64,000 bases of DNA from Myxococcales bacterium. GTDB lineage: Bacteria > Myxococcota_A > Polyangia > Fen-1088. Below, piece by piece: positions 17,333-25,476 of this stretch. The DNA lies in NCBI GenBank assembly GCA_025350815.1, contig JANXXE010000193.1:1671-65670 (forward strand), read 5' to 3'. The position numbers were made by a program, and so were the translations under genes. How positions within the stretch are numbered: the first letter of the stretch is position 1; each line of letters starts with the position of its first letter. Below the pieces are notes generated by a model. The model was not told the origin of the DNA. It saw only the letters and a program-made list of their open reading frames with translations, and ran no database searches.

Positions 17333-17555
17333 CCCGGCCCACGACGACCGGCAACTCACGCTGCTGGCGGGGCTTGTCGGCAAGAAGGTCATCGTTTCGA
17401 CGACGGACTATCATTACCTTGTGGGGCGTTTCGTCGAGCTGCGCCCGGATGGTAAGCTTCGTCTTCGCGTCAATGCGCAGGAAATCCTGTTAGGCCGGGG
17501 CGGTGTTTCCCGTATCCGGGAGGCCGACCGCGCGCTGGCCGAGTACATCAAGTAA
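17319..17555 (+). CDS. Candidate LSm/Sm-like small protein with no canonical start codon (start coordinate uncertain)
   Basis: The frame is open from 17277 to TAA at 17553-17555. It reads ...HDDRQLTLLAGLVGKKVIVSTTDYHYLVGRFVELRPDGKLRLRVNAQEILLGRGGVSRIREADRALAEYIK*. The only ATG/GTG/TTG in frame is GTG at 17421, inside the predicted fold. An ATT at 17319 sits 6 nt after GAGG (17309-17312); CTG codons lie at 17361 and 17364. The ORF fills the otherwise unexplained 233-bp gap between two operon genes. Confidence 0.35.
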   Translation: MPHPDPAHDDRQLTLLAGLVGKKVIVSTTDYHYLVGRFVELRPDGKLRLRVNAQEILLGRGGVSRIREADRALAEYIK

Positions 17556-17565
17556 GCTACCCTCC

Positions 17566-17988
17566 ATGGCTCCCCGCGTGAAACCCAGCGCCCCCAAAAG
17601 CGCCACCAAAGGCGGCCCCAAAAGTCCCACCAGTGGTGGCAAGGATCGGCGTGCCTCCCGGCGCAATCCTGTGCAGGTGCGCCTGGAGATCGCGGACAAC
17701 CGGGGCAACTTCGCGGCGCGCACGGTGGACGTCAGCCGGGGCGGCCTCTTCGCCGCGACCCCCGAAACGCGTCCCGTGGGCTCGCTGCTGCGCATGCGGG
17801 TCCTTGGCCCCAAGCGCGAATCCATTCTGGCCGTCGGCGTGGTCGTGCGCTGTTTCGCTGACGTCGAGGGCGCCGCCGAGGGGGGCGCGCCCACGCCGGG
17901 TCTCGCCATCGCCCTGACCTCGACCAGCGAAGCCTGGGATCGTTTCTGGGACGACGTCAGCGCCACCGACGACGAGATCGAGACCTAG
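17566..17988 (+). CDS. PilZ domain protein
   Basis: ORF track 17503..17988; I start at ATG 17566 (MAPRVKPSAPKS...). RRNPVQVRLEIADNRGNFAARTVDVSRGGLFAATPETRPVGSLLRMRV carries the D-x-S-x-x-G half of the PilZ signature. Confidence 0.75.
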   Translation: MAPRVKPSAPKSATKGGPKSPTSGGKDRRASRRNPVQVRLEIADNRGNFAARTVDVSRGGLFAATPETRPVGSLLRMRVLGPKRESILAVGVVVRCFADVEGAAEGGAPTPGLAIALTSTSEAWDRFWDDVSATDDEIET

Positions 17989-18000
17989 TCGTACGCACCC

Positions 18001-18438
18001 ATGTCTGCGGCGCGTGGCTCCCGCTTCCCGGTGTCCTCGGAGCGGGCCCGGGCCCTCGACGAGCGGCTACGGCGACTCGGCATCCGCGAGGAAGATCTCG
18101 ACGAAAGTTTCGTCCATTCGGGCGGCAAGGGCGGCCAGAACGTGAACAAGGTAGCCACCTGCGTGTGGCTGGTCCACCGGCCGACGGGCACGCAGGTCAA
18201 ATGCCAGCAAGAGCGTTCGCAGGGTCTCAACCGCTACGTCGCGCGCAAGCTGCTGGCCGACAAGATCGAAACCGCGCGTCTGGGCGCCGCCAGCGCGCAC
18301 GCCCAGGAAATCGAACGCGTCCGGCGCCAGAAACGCCGCCGCTCGCGCCGCGCGAAGAACCGGATGCTGGCCGACAAACACGCACGCGGCGCCGTCAAAT
18401 CCCTGCGCGGTCCAGTCGGGTCGGACGATGGCGGCTGA
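18001..18438 (+). CDS. GGQ-motif peptide chain release factor-like protein (ArfB/YaeJ-like peptidyl-tRNA hydrolase domain)
   Basis: ORF track 145 aa. SGGKGGQNVNKVATCVWLVHRPTGTQVKCQQERSQGLNR is the RF-1/GGQ domain core. The C-terminal tail is basic (RRQKRRRSRRAKNRMLADKHARGAVKSLRG), as in ArfB. Confidence 0.75.
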   Translation: MSAARGSRFPVSSERARALDERLRRLGIREEDLDESFVHSGGKGGQNVNKVATCVWLVHRPTGTQVKCQQERSQGLNRYVARKLLADKIETARLGAASAHAQEIERVRRQKRRRSRRAKNRMLADKHARGAVKSLRGPVGSDDGG

Positions 18439-19183
18439 CGCCTACCTGGCCCTGGCCGAGATCTACGATCCCTGGCAGGAAAAATACGGCGCTTTCTGGA
18501 AGTCCGTGCTGCCCAAACTGCTCGACACCTGGGCGCGGTACGAATGCCGCCCGACCTCGTTCGTTGATCTGGGCTGTGGCACAGGCAGCCTGCTGCTGGC
18601 GCTGCGGCGGCGATCCCGGGCGTGGCGGCTGTGCGGGCTCGATGCCAGTGCCGCGATGCTGGCCCAGGCGCAGCGCAAATCGTTGGCCGAAACCGTCGAA
18701 TGGGTGCACGCGCCGTTCGACGCCGGGCTGCCCGGGGCGACCTTCGACGCGGCGGGGGCTTTCTTCGATGCCTTCAACCACATGCTGACGCCCGCGCACC
18801 TTGCGCGCACCCTGGGCGCCGTCGCCGCGCGGCTAAATCCCGGCGGCTTGCTGGCCTTTGACCTGAACAACCAGTGTGGCTTCGAGGCCTGGTGGCAAGG
18901 GCGCCGAAAATTTGTCGGCCCCGACTGGGCGCTGACCATCGACGCCACATGGGACGACACGACCCGGACCGGCCGTGGGGTCGCCCGAATCCAGCGCCGC
19001 ACCGCCGATCAGCCCACACACGTGACCGATGTCACCGAGCGCTGTTTTTCCACCGACGAGGTGCTGGCGTCCCTGCGAGCCGCAGATCTGGATGTCGTCA
19101 CCGTCGAACCCTGGAGCCCCATGCCCGGGGATGCGCCCGGCAAAACCTGGTGGGTGGCACGCAGGCGGCACGCAAGCGGCTGA
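18428..19183 (+). CDS. Class I SAM-dependent methyltransferase
   Basis: ORF track 251 aa. Motif I is FVDLGCGTGSLLLAL, and LNPGGLLAFDL lies downstream. The start overlaps the upstream gene by 11 nt. Confidence 0.8.
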   Translation: MAADAYLALAEIYDPWQEKYGAFWKSVLPKLLDTWARYECRPTSFVDLGCGTGSLLLALRRRSRAWRLCGLDASAAMLAQAQRKSLAETVEWVHAPFDAGLPGATFDAAGAFFDAFNHMLTPAHLARTLGAVAARLNPGGLLAFDLNNQCGFEAWWQGRRKFVGPDWALTIDATWDDTTRTGRGVARIQRRTADQPTHVTDVTERCFSTDEVLASLRAADLDVVTVEPWSPMPGDAPGKTWWVARRRHASG

Positions 19184-19259
19184 TTCCCTGACCTGCCCAG
19201 TTGGGGTATAAAGATCGCTTTCCGATAGGCCGTGCCCACTGGCTCCTCAGGAGAAATTT

Positions 19260-20690
19260 ATGAACACAGCGAATCCCTTCAGCCGCCGCCAGATCATCAA
19301 AGGAACCGCCGTCGCCGCCGCAGCCGCGACCTTTCGTCCCTTCTTCCCAGGCCGCGTGCTGGGTGCCAATGACCGCTTGAACCTGGCCATCATCGGCCTG
19401 CGCAGCCGGGGCGATCAGCACATCAAGAGCTTCTCCAAGATACCGGGTGTGCGCATCAAGACCTTCGTCGACATCGACGAGAACCTGTTCGCCGGCCGGA
19501 TCAAGGCGATGGAGACGAACTACAAGTACACGCCGGGCACCGAATTCGACATGCGCAAGGTGTTCGACGACAAGGAAATCGACGCGGTTTCCATCGCCAC
19601 GCCGAACCACTGGCATGCCCTGGGAGCCATATGGGCCGCCCAGGCGAAGAAGCACGTGTACGTCGAGAAGCCGGCGTGCCACACGATCTTCGAGGGCCGT
19701 CAGATGGTGAACGCCGCGCGCAAGAACGGCGTTCTGATGCAGGTCGGTTTTCAGAACCGCTCTCGCAAGAACGTGACCGCCGCGATCAACCTTTTGCACA
19801 GCGGGAAGCTGGGCAAGATCTTCATGGCCCGCGGCCTGTGCTACAAGCCCCGTGTCAACATCGGCCGCCTGCCCGACGGCCCGCAGGCCGAGGGCGCCAA
19901 GCCCCCGCCCGGCGCTGGCGTGCATGCTTTCACCGCCGCTTACCTGGAAAAGGTGCACTACGATCTGTGGACCGGACCGGCCCCGCTGCGGCCCTTCAAC
20001 CCCAACCGCTTCCATTACAACTGGCACTGGCAGTGGCCCTACGGCAACGGCGACACGGGCAACCAGGGACCGCACCAGTTCGACGTGGGTCGCTGGGGTC
20101 TCAACAAGGACGAACACCCGGTGAAGGTCCGTTCGTTCGGCGGTCTGTATTCCTGGGGCGACACCCAGCAAGAGGCGCCCAACATGCAGACCTGCCTGAT
20201 GGAGTACGCCGACGGGACGGTCTTCGAATTCGCCACGCGCGGCCTCAACACCAACCCCGACGGGAAGATCAAGATCGGCAACATCTTCTACGGCAGCGAG
20301 GGGCGTCTGGAAATCGACGACAGCGGCAACTGGCAGGTGTACACGGGACGCGGCGACGATCTCGGGCCGAGTTCGAAGGATCTCAAGGACGCCAAGGAAG
20401 AGCCGGGCGCCGATTCGATGAATCTCGCCGGCGGCGGCGACCAGGCACACTTTGAAAACTTCATCGCGGCGCTTCGCTCGGGCAAGAGGGAAACCCTCAC
20501 CTGCGACATCGAGGTCGGTTACCGATCGTCGGTGCTGCCACACCTGTCGAACATCTCGTACCGGTTGGACCGCGAGCTGAAGTTCGACGGCAAGACCGAG
20601 CAAATCGTCGGTGACGCCGAAGCCAACAAGATGCTGCACCGGCAGGATCGCAAGGGCTTCGTCATCCCGAAGCTGGCCACGTCGGCGTAA
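19260..20690 (+). CDS. Gfo/Idh/MocA-family oxidoreductase with twin-arginine (Tat) signal
   Basis: ORF track 476 aa. The Tat signal is FSRRQIIKGTAVAAAAATF. The Rossmann N-terminus is LNLAIIGLRSRGDQH, followed by EKP (YVEKPACH). An AGGAGA Shine-Dalgarno sequence precedes the ATG. Confidence 0.85.
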   Translation: MNTANPFSRRQIIKGTAVAAAAATFRPFFPGRVLGANDRLNLAIIGLRSRGDQHIKSFSKIPGVRIKTFVDIDENLFAGRIKAMETNYKYTPGTEFDMRKVFDDKEIDAVSIATPNHWHALGAIWAAQAKKHVYVEKPACHTIFEGRQMVNAARKNGVLMQVGFQNRSRKNVTAAINLLHSGKLGKIFMARGLCYKPRVNIGRLPDGPQAEGAKPPPGAGVHAFTAAYLEKVHYDLWTGPAPLRPFNPNRFHYNWHWQWPYGNGDTGNQGPHQFDVGRWGLNKDEHPVKVRSFGGLYSWGDTQQEAPNMQTCLMEYADGTVFEFATRGLNTNPDGKIKIGNIFYGSEGRLEIDDSGNWQVYTGRGDDLGPSSKDLKDAKEEPGADSMNLAGGGDQAHFENFIAALRSGKRETLTCDIEVGYRSSVLPHLSNISYRLDRELKFDGKTEQIVGDAEANKMLHRQDRKGFVIPKLATSA

Positions 20691-20691
20691 T

Positions 20692-21051
20692 TCAGCGCGG
20701 GTGGCGAACCCGAACGGCTGCGTGCACCGGATGGCCGGGGCAGCCGGGCGGGTTCAGCTTGCGCAATTCCAGACGCAGCGATGCCGACGGCACCTTGTCG
20801 GCAAGGGCGTTCAGCATTCGACGCGCCAGCGATTCCAGCAGATGGTGGGGCTCGCCCGTTCCGATGGTCACGATGATGTCCGCAACCTGGCTGTAGTCCA
20901 CCGTATCAGCCAGACGGTCCGACCGCTCCGCCGCCTCCAGGGATGTGTCTATTTCGACGTCCACTTCGAAGCTGCGTGTGCCCCGGCGCTCGGCCGCGGT
21001 GGCACCGTGTCGGCCCTCGAAGCCGATGCGCGAAAGAACGATGGTGGCCAA
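20692..21051 (-). CDS. folB: Dihydroneopterin aldolase
   Basis: This is the C-terminal 120 codons of ORF 20692..21315. I start at TTG 21051, giving (M)ATIVLSRIGFEGRHGATAAERRGTRSFEVDVEIDTSLEAAERSDRLADTVDYSQVADIIV...LLESLARRMLNAL...LELRKLNPP. This matches the FolB pattern (hG..E...GQ.F.vDv...D......D.l.dTvdY). It lies 14 bp downstream of def. Confidence 0.8.
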   Translation of the reverse strand: MATIVLSRIGFEGRHGATAAERRGTRSFEVDVEIDTSLEAAERSDRLADTVDYSQVADIIVTIGTGEPHHLLESLARRMLNALADKVPSASLRLELRKLNPPGCPGHPVHAAVRVRHPR

Positions 21052-21065
21052 GAAGCGACGTGTCC

Positions 21066-21599
21066 CTAGGCCGACGATCCAGCTGCGGCGTCCGCCGCTT
21101 CCTTGCGCATCTTGCGCTTGATGATCTCGCGCTTGACTGGCCCGACCATGTCGATCAGCAGGCGGCCGATCAAGTGATCGTTTTCGTGCTGCATGGCCCG
21201 GGCGAACAGCTCCTCGCCTTCGATGGTAAAGGACTTGCCGTCGAGATCCTTCGCCTTCACCTGGGCCCGTAGGCCACGCTTGACGGGGACATAGATGCCG
21301 GGGAAGGACAGGCACCCCTCTTCACCGGTCTGCGCCTCGTCCGACAGGCTGACTATCTCGGGGTTGATGAAGACCAGCGGGGGATCCTCGGACGGGCGCC
21401 CCGCGCATTCGGCCTCGATAACGAAAAGCCGCAGCGGCACCCCGACCTGAATCGCCGCCAGACCCGCGCCGCTATTGGCATACATCGTATCCGTCATGTC
21501 AGTGACCAGCGTACGCAGGGCCTCATTGAAGGCCGCCACCGGCTGCGACTTTTCACGCAGGCGCGGGTCGGGGTAGCGAAGAATCGGCAGCACGGACAT
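21066..21599 (-). CDS. def: Peptide deformylase
   Basis: ORF track 177 aa. Motifs GAGLAAIQVG, EGCLSFPG and HENDHL are present. Confidence 0.95.
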   Translation of the reverse strand: MSVLPILRYPDPRLREKSQPVAAFNEALRTLVTDMTDTMYANSGAGLAAIQVGVPLRLFVIEAECAGRPSEDPPLVFINPEIVSLSDEAQTGEEGCLSFPGIYVPVKRGLRAQVKAKDLDGKSFTIEGEELFARAMQHENDHLIGRLLIDMVGPVKREIIKRKMRKEAADAAAGSSA

Positions 21600-21755
21600 G
21601 GTCCCCTAGAATGACATCGGGGGTTTTTCGTCGCAAGGCGGCCGCAGCGGGGAACCTATGGCGCACCACAACGTGACAGCGCTAACAAGTACGGGGTCGG
21701 CGGGCGCGATTGCGCTAGCTAACAAAGCGGCCCAGGCGCAATGCTTGTCCGTACT

Positions 21756-21779
21756 CACTTGCACTTGCACTTGCACTTG
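21756..21779. repeat. Hexanucleotide microsatellite (CACTTG)x4
   Basis: cacttgcacttgcacttgcacttg is read directly at 21756-21779. It lies 36 bp upstream of the ATG at 21815 and 26 bp upstream of its GGAGG Shine-Dalgarno sequence. Confidence 0.95.
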
Positions 21780-21814
21780 CCTGCGTGGACCGGGCTTTCT
21801 GACAGGAGGTTGCC

Positions 21815-23281
21815 ATGCACCGCAGATGGATTTCAGCCCCGGGGCTTCGCCCCTGCGCCGCTCGCGTAACCTGGTTCGTTGCGGGCTGGATTGCGCTTGG
21901 CGCTTGCAGCACGGATCCCAAGATCAGCAACGCCGGCAGCGGCGGAACCTCAGGGACTGGCAGCGGTGGCGGTGACACGGGCAGCGGCAGCGGCGGCACC
22001 GGGTTCATGTTCAAACCCGCGCCTGCAACCGGCGGAACCGGTGGAGCCGGGATGGCCACGGCGCCCGCGGGCCCCTGCCTGAACCTGTGCAAGCAGCAGA
22101 TGAAATGCGCGAACAACGGCGACACGACGGTTACCGGTACGGTCTTCGCACCGACACCCGCAAAATTCGGCATGGCGGACCCCGTCTACAACGCCATCGT
22201 CTATGTCCCGAACGCCGAGTTGCAGCCGTTTGCAGCGGGCATCGCCTGCGAGGGGTGCAAACCACCGTCGGGCTCGCCCTTGACCGCCGTGCTGACGGGC
22301 CCCGACGGCAAGTTCACCCTGAAGAATGTGCCGGTGGGTGACAACATCCCCTTGGTCATACAGATAGGTCGCTGGCGGCGTCAGGTGAAGATCCCGACGG
22401 TTGCGGCCTGCGGCGACACGAAGCTGCCGGCCGAGCTGACCCGACTGCCCCGCAACAAGGCCGAGGGCGACATTCCGTTGACCGCCATCGCGACCGGCAA
22501 CGCGGACGCGTTGGAATGCGTGCTGCGCAAAATAGGCATCGACGAAACCGAGTTCACCACCCCGATGGCCGGTGGGCGCATCCACATCTACAAGTCGAAC
22601 GGATCCCACGTGGGCGACACCACGCCGCCCGCGACCGCGCTGACCGGCTCGGTCGATACGCTCAAGGGGTACGACATGGTGATTCTGGAATGCGAGGGCG
22701 GCCCGATCGCGAAGCCCGATCCCGACAAACAGAACCTGGTGCAATACGCCGACGCCGGCGGCCGTCTGTTCGTCACGCACTACGAATTCACGTACCTGTA
22801 CAACATCGCGCCGTTCTCGATGGTGTCTGACTGGAAGGTCAGGCAGCCCAATCCGACCCAGAACAACGCCCCTTTGATCGGCATCATCGATCAATCGTTC
22901 CCGAAGGGCCAGGCGTTCGCGCAGTGGCTGCAGGGCGTGGGCGCGACGTACATGATGCCGGGACAGATTCAGATCTTCACGCCCCGACACGATCTGGACA
23001 CGGTCGTCCCGCCCTCACAACGCTGGGTCTACTCGCAGGCGCCCGATACTCTGCAACAGTTTACGTTCAACACACCGGTGGGCGCACCCGAGGCCAAGCA
23101 ATGCGGTCGCGTTCTGTTTTCGGATTTTCACGTCAGCGACATCATGAACATCAGCGTGCCTTTCCCGACCGAGTGCAACGACATGCCGATGACCGCGCAG
23201 GAAAAGGTTCTCGAGTTCCTGCTTTTCGATCTGGCCTCGTGCGTCCAGCCGGATGCCAAACCGCCGCGCATCGTTCAGTAA
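21815..23281 (+). CDS. Secreted lipoprotein, function unknown (Gly/Ser linker, carboxypeptidase-regulatory-like sandwich, conserved C-terminal domain)
   Basis: ORF track 488 aa. The lipobox is WIALGACS. A G/S/T-rich linker follows. TGTVFAP...LTGPDGKFTLKNVPVGDNIPLVIQIGRWRR resembles a CarboxypepD_reg-like fold. The C-terminal ~300 aa have no motif I can name. Confidence 0.7.
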   Translation: MHRRWISAPGLRPCAARVTWFVAGWIALGACSTDPKISNAGSGGTSGTGSGGGDTGSGSGGTGFMFKPAPATGGTGGAGMATAPAGPCLNLCKQQMKCANNGDTTVTGTVFAPTPAKFGMADPVYNAIVYVPNAELQPFAAGIACEGCKPPSGSPLTAVLTGPDGKFTLKNVPVGDNIPLVIQIGRWRRQVKIPTVAACGDTKLPAELTRLPRNKAEGDIPLTAIATGNADALECVLRKIGIDETEFTTPMAGGRIHIYKSNGSHVGDTTPPATALTGSVDTLKGYDMVILECEGGPIAKPDPDKQNLVQYADAGGRLFVTHYEFTYLYNIAPFSMVSDWKVRQPNPTQNNAPLIGIIDQSFPKGQAFAQWLQGVGATYMMPGQIQIFTPRHDLDTVVPPSQRWVYSQAPDTLQQFTFNTPVGAPEAKQCGRVLFSDFHVSDIMNISVPFPTECNDMPMTAQEKVLEFLLFDLASCVQPDAKPPRIVQ

Positions 23282-23344
23282 GCCAATACCGGCACCGCAT
23301 CGTTCCTATTGACATGCGGGGCGCCCGCCAAGCAGGCTGCGCCC

Positions 23345-24463
23345 ATGCACATGCGGATGACGTTTCTGGCGCTGGCGATCTTCGTGGCTGACCAATCCGC
23401 CTGGGCCCAATCCTTCACGTTCACAACCCTCGCGGGCAAGGCGCGCGTTCAAGGAACGGTCGACGGCAAGGGGGCCGAAGCCCGATTGCACGCCCCGACC
23501 GGCATCACGGTGAAGGACGGCACTGTCTACTTCAACGAATACTGGAACAGCGCGGTGAGAAAGGTCACCGCGGACGGCACCGTCACAACGCTGGCCGGCG
23601 TCGCCGCCACCCCAGGCAGCGCCGACGGCGCCGGGGCCGAGGCGCGCTTCTTCCATTCGCACGGGATCACAATTGATCGTGTGGGGACGCTGTTCGCCAC
23701 CGATTACGGCAACAACACGATCCGGAAGATCACGACGGCAGGCATCGTCACGACGGTGGCGGGCCTGGCGGGTGCACCCGGCAGCGCTGACGGCACGGGT
23801 TCGGCGGCTCGCTTCAGCCACCCCGAAAGTCTGGCCGTGGATGCCAAGGGGACGCTGTACGTCGCCGATACGCAGAACTACATCATCAGGAAGATCACGC
23901 CAACGGGGGTCGTGACGACCTTCGCGGGCCAGACGGGCACACCGGGCAGCGCGGACGGCAAGGGAGCGGCGGCGCGTTTCGACGTGCCCATCGGCCTCAC
24001 CATCGATGGCCGGGGAAACCTGTACGTCGTCGACGGCGGCTTCGACGCAGGAAAGGGAAATTCGACCGTCCGCAAAATTGCCCCCGACGGAACAGTCACC
24101 ACACTGGCCGGGTTGGCAGGCGCGGTCGGCAGCGCGGACGGCAAGGGCGCGGCGGCGCGCTTCCATTACCCGGTCGGCATCACCGTCGACAAGATGGGGA
24201 CGTTGTTCATCGCCGACACAGGGAATTTCACCATCCGGCAGATCACACCTGACGGCGTGGTCACGACCGTAGCCGGAACGCCCGGCGCCAGGGGCAGCGC
24301 GGACGGAACGGGCCCCGACGCGCGCTTCGACCAGTCGCAAAGTATCACCGTCGACGGCGACGGAACTCTGTATGTCGCAGACACCAACAACAGCACGATT
24401 CGCAAGGGCGTACGTGTGGCACCGGCGGGCGCGGCGCGCCCCAAAGGAAAGGACAAGCGATGA
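23345..24463 (+). CDS. NHL-repeat beta-propeller protein (secreted)
   Basis: ORF track 23309..24463; ATG at 23345 gives the signal peptide MHMRMTFLALAIFVADQSAWAQ. Six ~57-aa repeats follow, of the form LAG.....GSADG.G.[AE]ARF..P.G[IL].[VI]D..G.L[YF][VI]AD..N..IRKI...G.VTT. Confidence 0.85.
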   Translation: MHMRMTFLALAIFVADQSAWAQSFTFTTLAGKARVQGTVDGKGAEARLHAPTGITVKDGTVYFNEYWNSAVRKVTADGTVTTLAGVAATPGSADGAGAEARFFHSHGITIDRVGTLFATDYGNNTIRKITTAGIVTTVAGLAGAPGSADGTGSAARFSHPESLAVDAKGTLYVADTQNYIIRKITPTGVVTTFAGQTGTPGSADGKGAAARFDVPIGLTIDGRGNLYVVDGGFDAGKGNSTVRKIAPDGTVTTLAGLAGAVGSADGKGAAARFHYPVGITVDKMGTLFIADTGNFTIRQITPDGVVTTVAGTPGARGSADGTGPDARFDQSQSITVDGDGTLYVADTNNSTIRKGVRVAPAGAARPKGKDKR

Positions 24464-25476
24464 ACCTGCGCGCGATTCTTCTGGCGACCTGTCTGGCATC
24501 GGCGAACGCCGTGGCGGCCCCTGCGCCGGGCGGTTATCAGTTGCTGAAGAAGATCTCCATCAAGGGCAACGGCGGCTATGACTACCTGGCGGTCGATCAG
24601 GCCAACCGGCGCGTCTACGTCACACACGGCTCCGATGTCGCCGTCCTTGACGTGGACACGCTGGCAACGGTCGGGACGCTGACTGGTCTCAAAGAGGCCC
24701 TGGGCGTGACCTTCGTGCCTGACCTGCACAAGGGTTACATCACGAACGGGGCCAGTCACTCGATCACGGCTTTCGACACCGCGTCGCTGAAGACGACGGC
24801 GGAAGTCAGAAGCACGGGAAAGGGCCCCGACGCCGTGACCTACGATCCAGCGTCGCACATGGTGTTCGTGTTCAACCACGCCAGCGGCAACGTCACGGTG
24901 ATCGATCCTGCGACCGACAAGGTGACGGCCACCATCAAGGTCGGGGGCGAGCTGGAATTCGGCCAGGCTGACGGTAAGGGAAACCTGTGGGTCAACATCG
25001 AGGACAAGGCCGAGCTTGTGCGCATCGACTCGAAGACCATGGCCGTCACCGCCCGCTGGCCCCTGCCCCTGTGCAAAGAGCCCCGAGGCCTGGCTTTCGA
25101 CGGCAAGAATCGGCGCCTGTTTTCGGGCTGCGCGAACGGTAAGATGCTGGTGGTCGACGCCGACAGTGGAAAGGTGGTGGCCACGTTGCCCATCGGCACC
25201 GGGGTCGATGCCACGCACTTTGACGCAACGACCGGCGACATCTTAAATTCCTGCGGCGTCAGCGGAACGCTGGTCGTCATCCACCAGGAAAGCGCGGACA
25301 AGTACGTCGTAACCGAAACGGTGGCCACGCAGAAGAGCGCCCGCACCCTGGCCATCGACCCCAAGACCCACCGGGTCTTCCTGTCGGTCGTCTCGCCTGG
25401 ACCCAGCAAGGGGTCTCCCTTGCCGGATTCGTTCGCCGTGCTGGTTTTTGAGCGACCGGCGGCGCCGAAACCCTAG
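24460..25476 (+). CDS. YVTN/YncE-like beta-propeller repeat protein (secreted)
   Basis: ORF track 338 aa. The signal peptide is MNLRAILLATCLASANAVAAP. Repeats such as RVYVTHGSDVAVLDVDTLATVGTL, GYITNGASHSITAFDTASLKTTAEV and MVFVFNHASGNVTVIDPATDKVTATI are present. An ATGA start/stop overlap links it to the NHL gene. Confidence 0.85.
   Translation: MNLRAILLATCLASANAVAAPAPGGYQLLKKISIKGNGGYDYLAVDQANRRVYVTHGSDVAVLDVDTLATVGTLTGLKEALGVTFVPDLHKGYITNGASHSITAFDTASLKTTAEVRSTGKGPDAVTYDPASHMVFVFNHASGNVTVIDPATDKVTATIKVGGELEFGQADGKGNLWVNIEDKAELVRIDSKTMAVTARWPLPLCKEPRGLAFDGKNRRLFSGCANGKMLVVDADSGKVVATLPIGTGVDATHFDATTGDILNSCGVSGTLVVIHQESADKYVVTETVATQKSARTLAIDPKTHRVFLSVVSPGPSKGSPLPDSFAVLVFERPAAPKP

Noticed and set aside
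18001-19183. Idea that the overlapping methyltransferase is a PrmC-like glutamine methyltransferase for the adjacent GGQ protein
   Set aside because: The methyltransferase has a generic class I motif I (VDLGCGTG), but I find no NPPY-type motif characteristic of N5-glutamine methyltransferases. Adjacency alone is insufficient.
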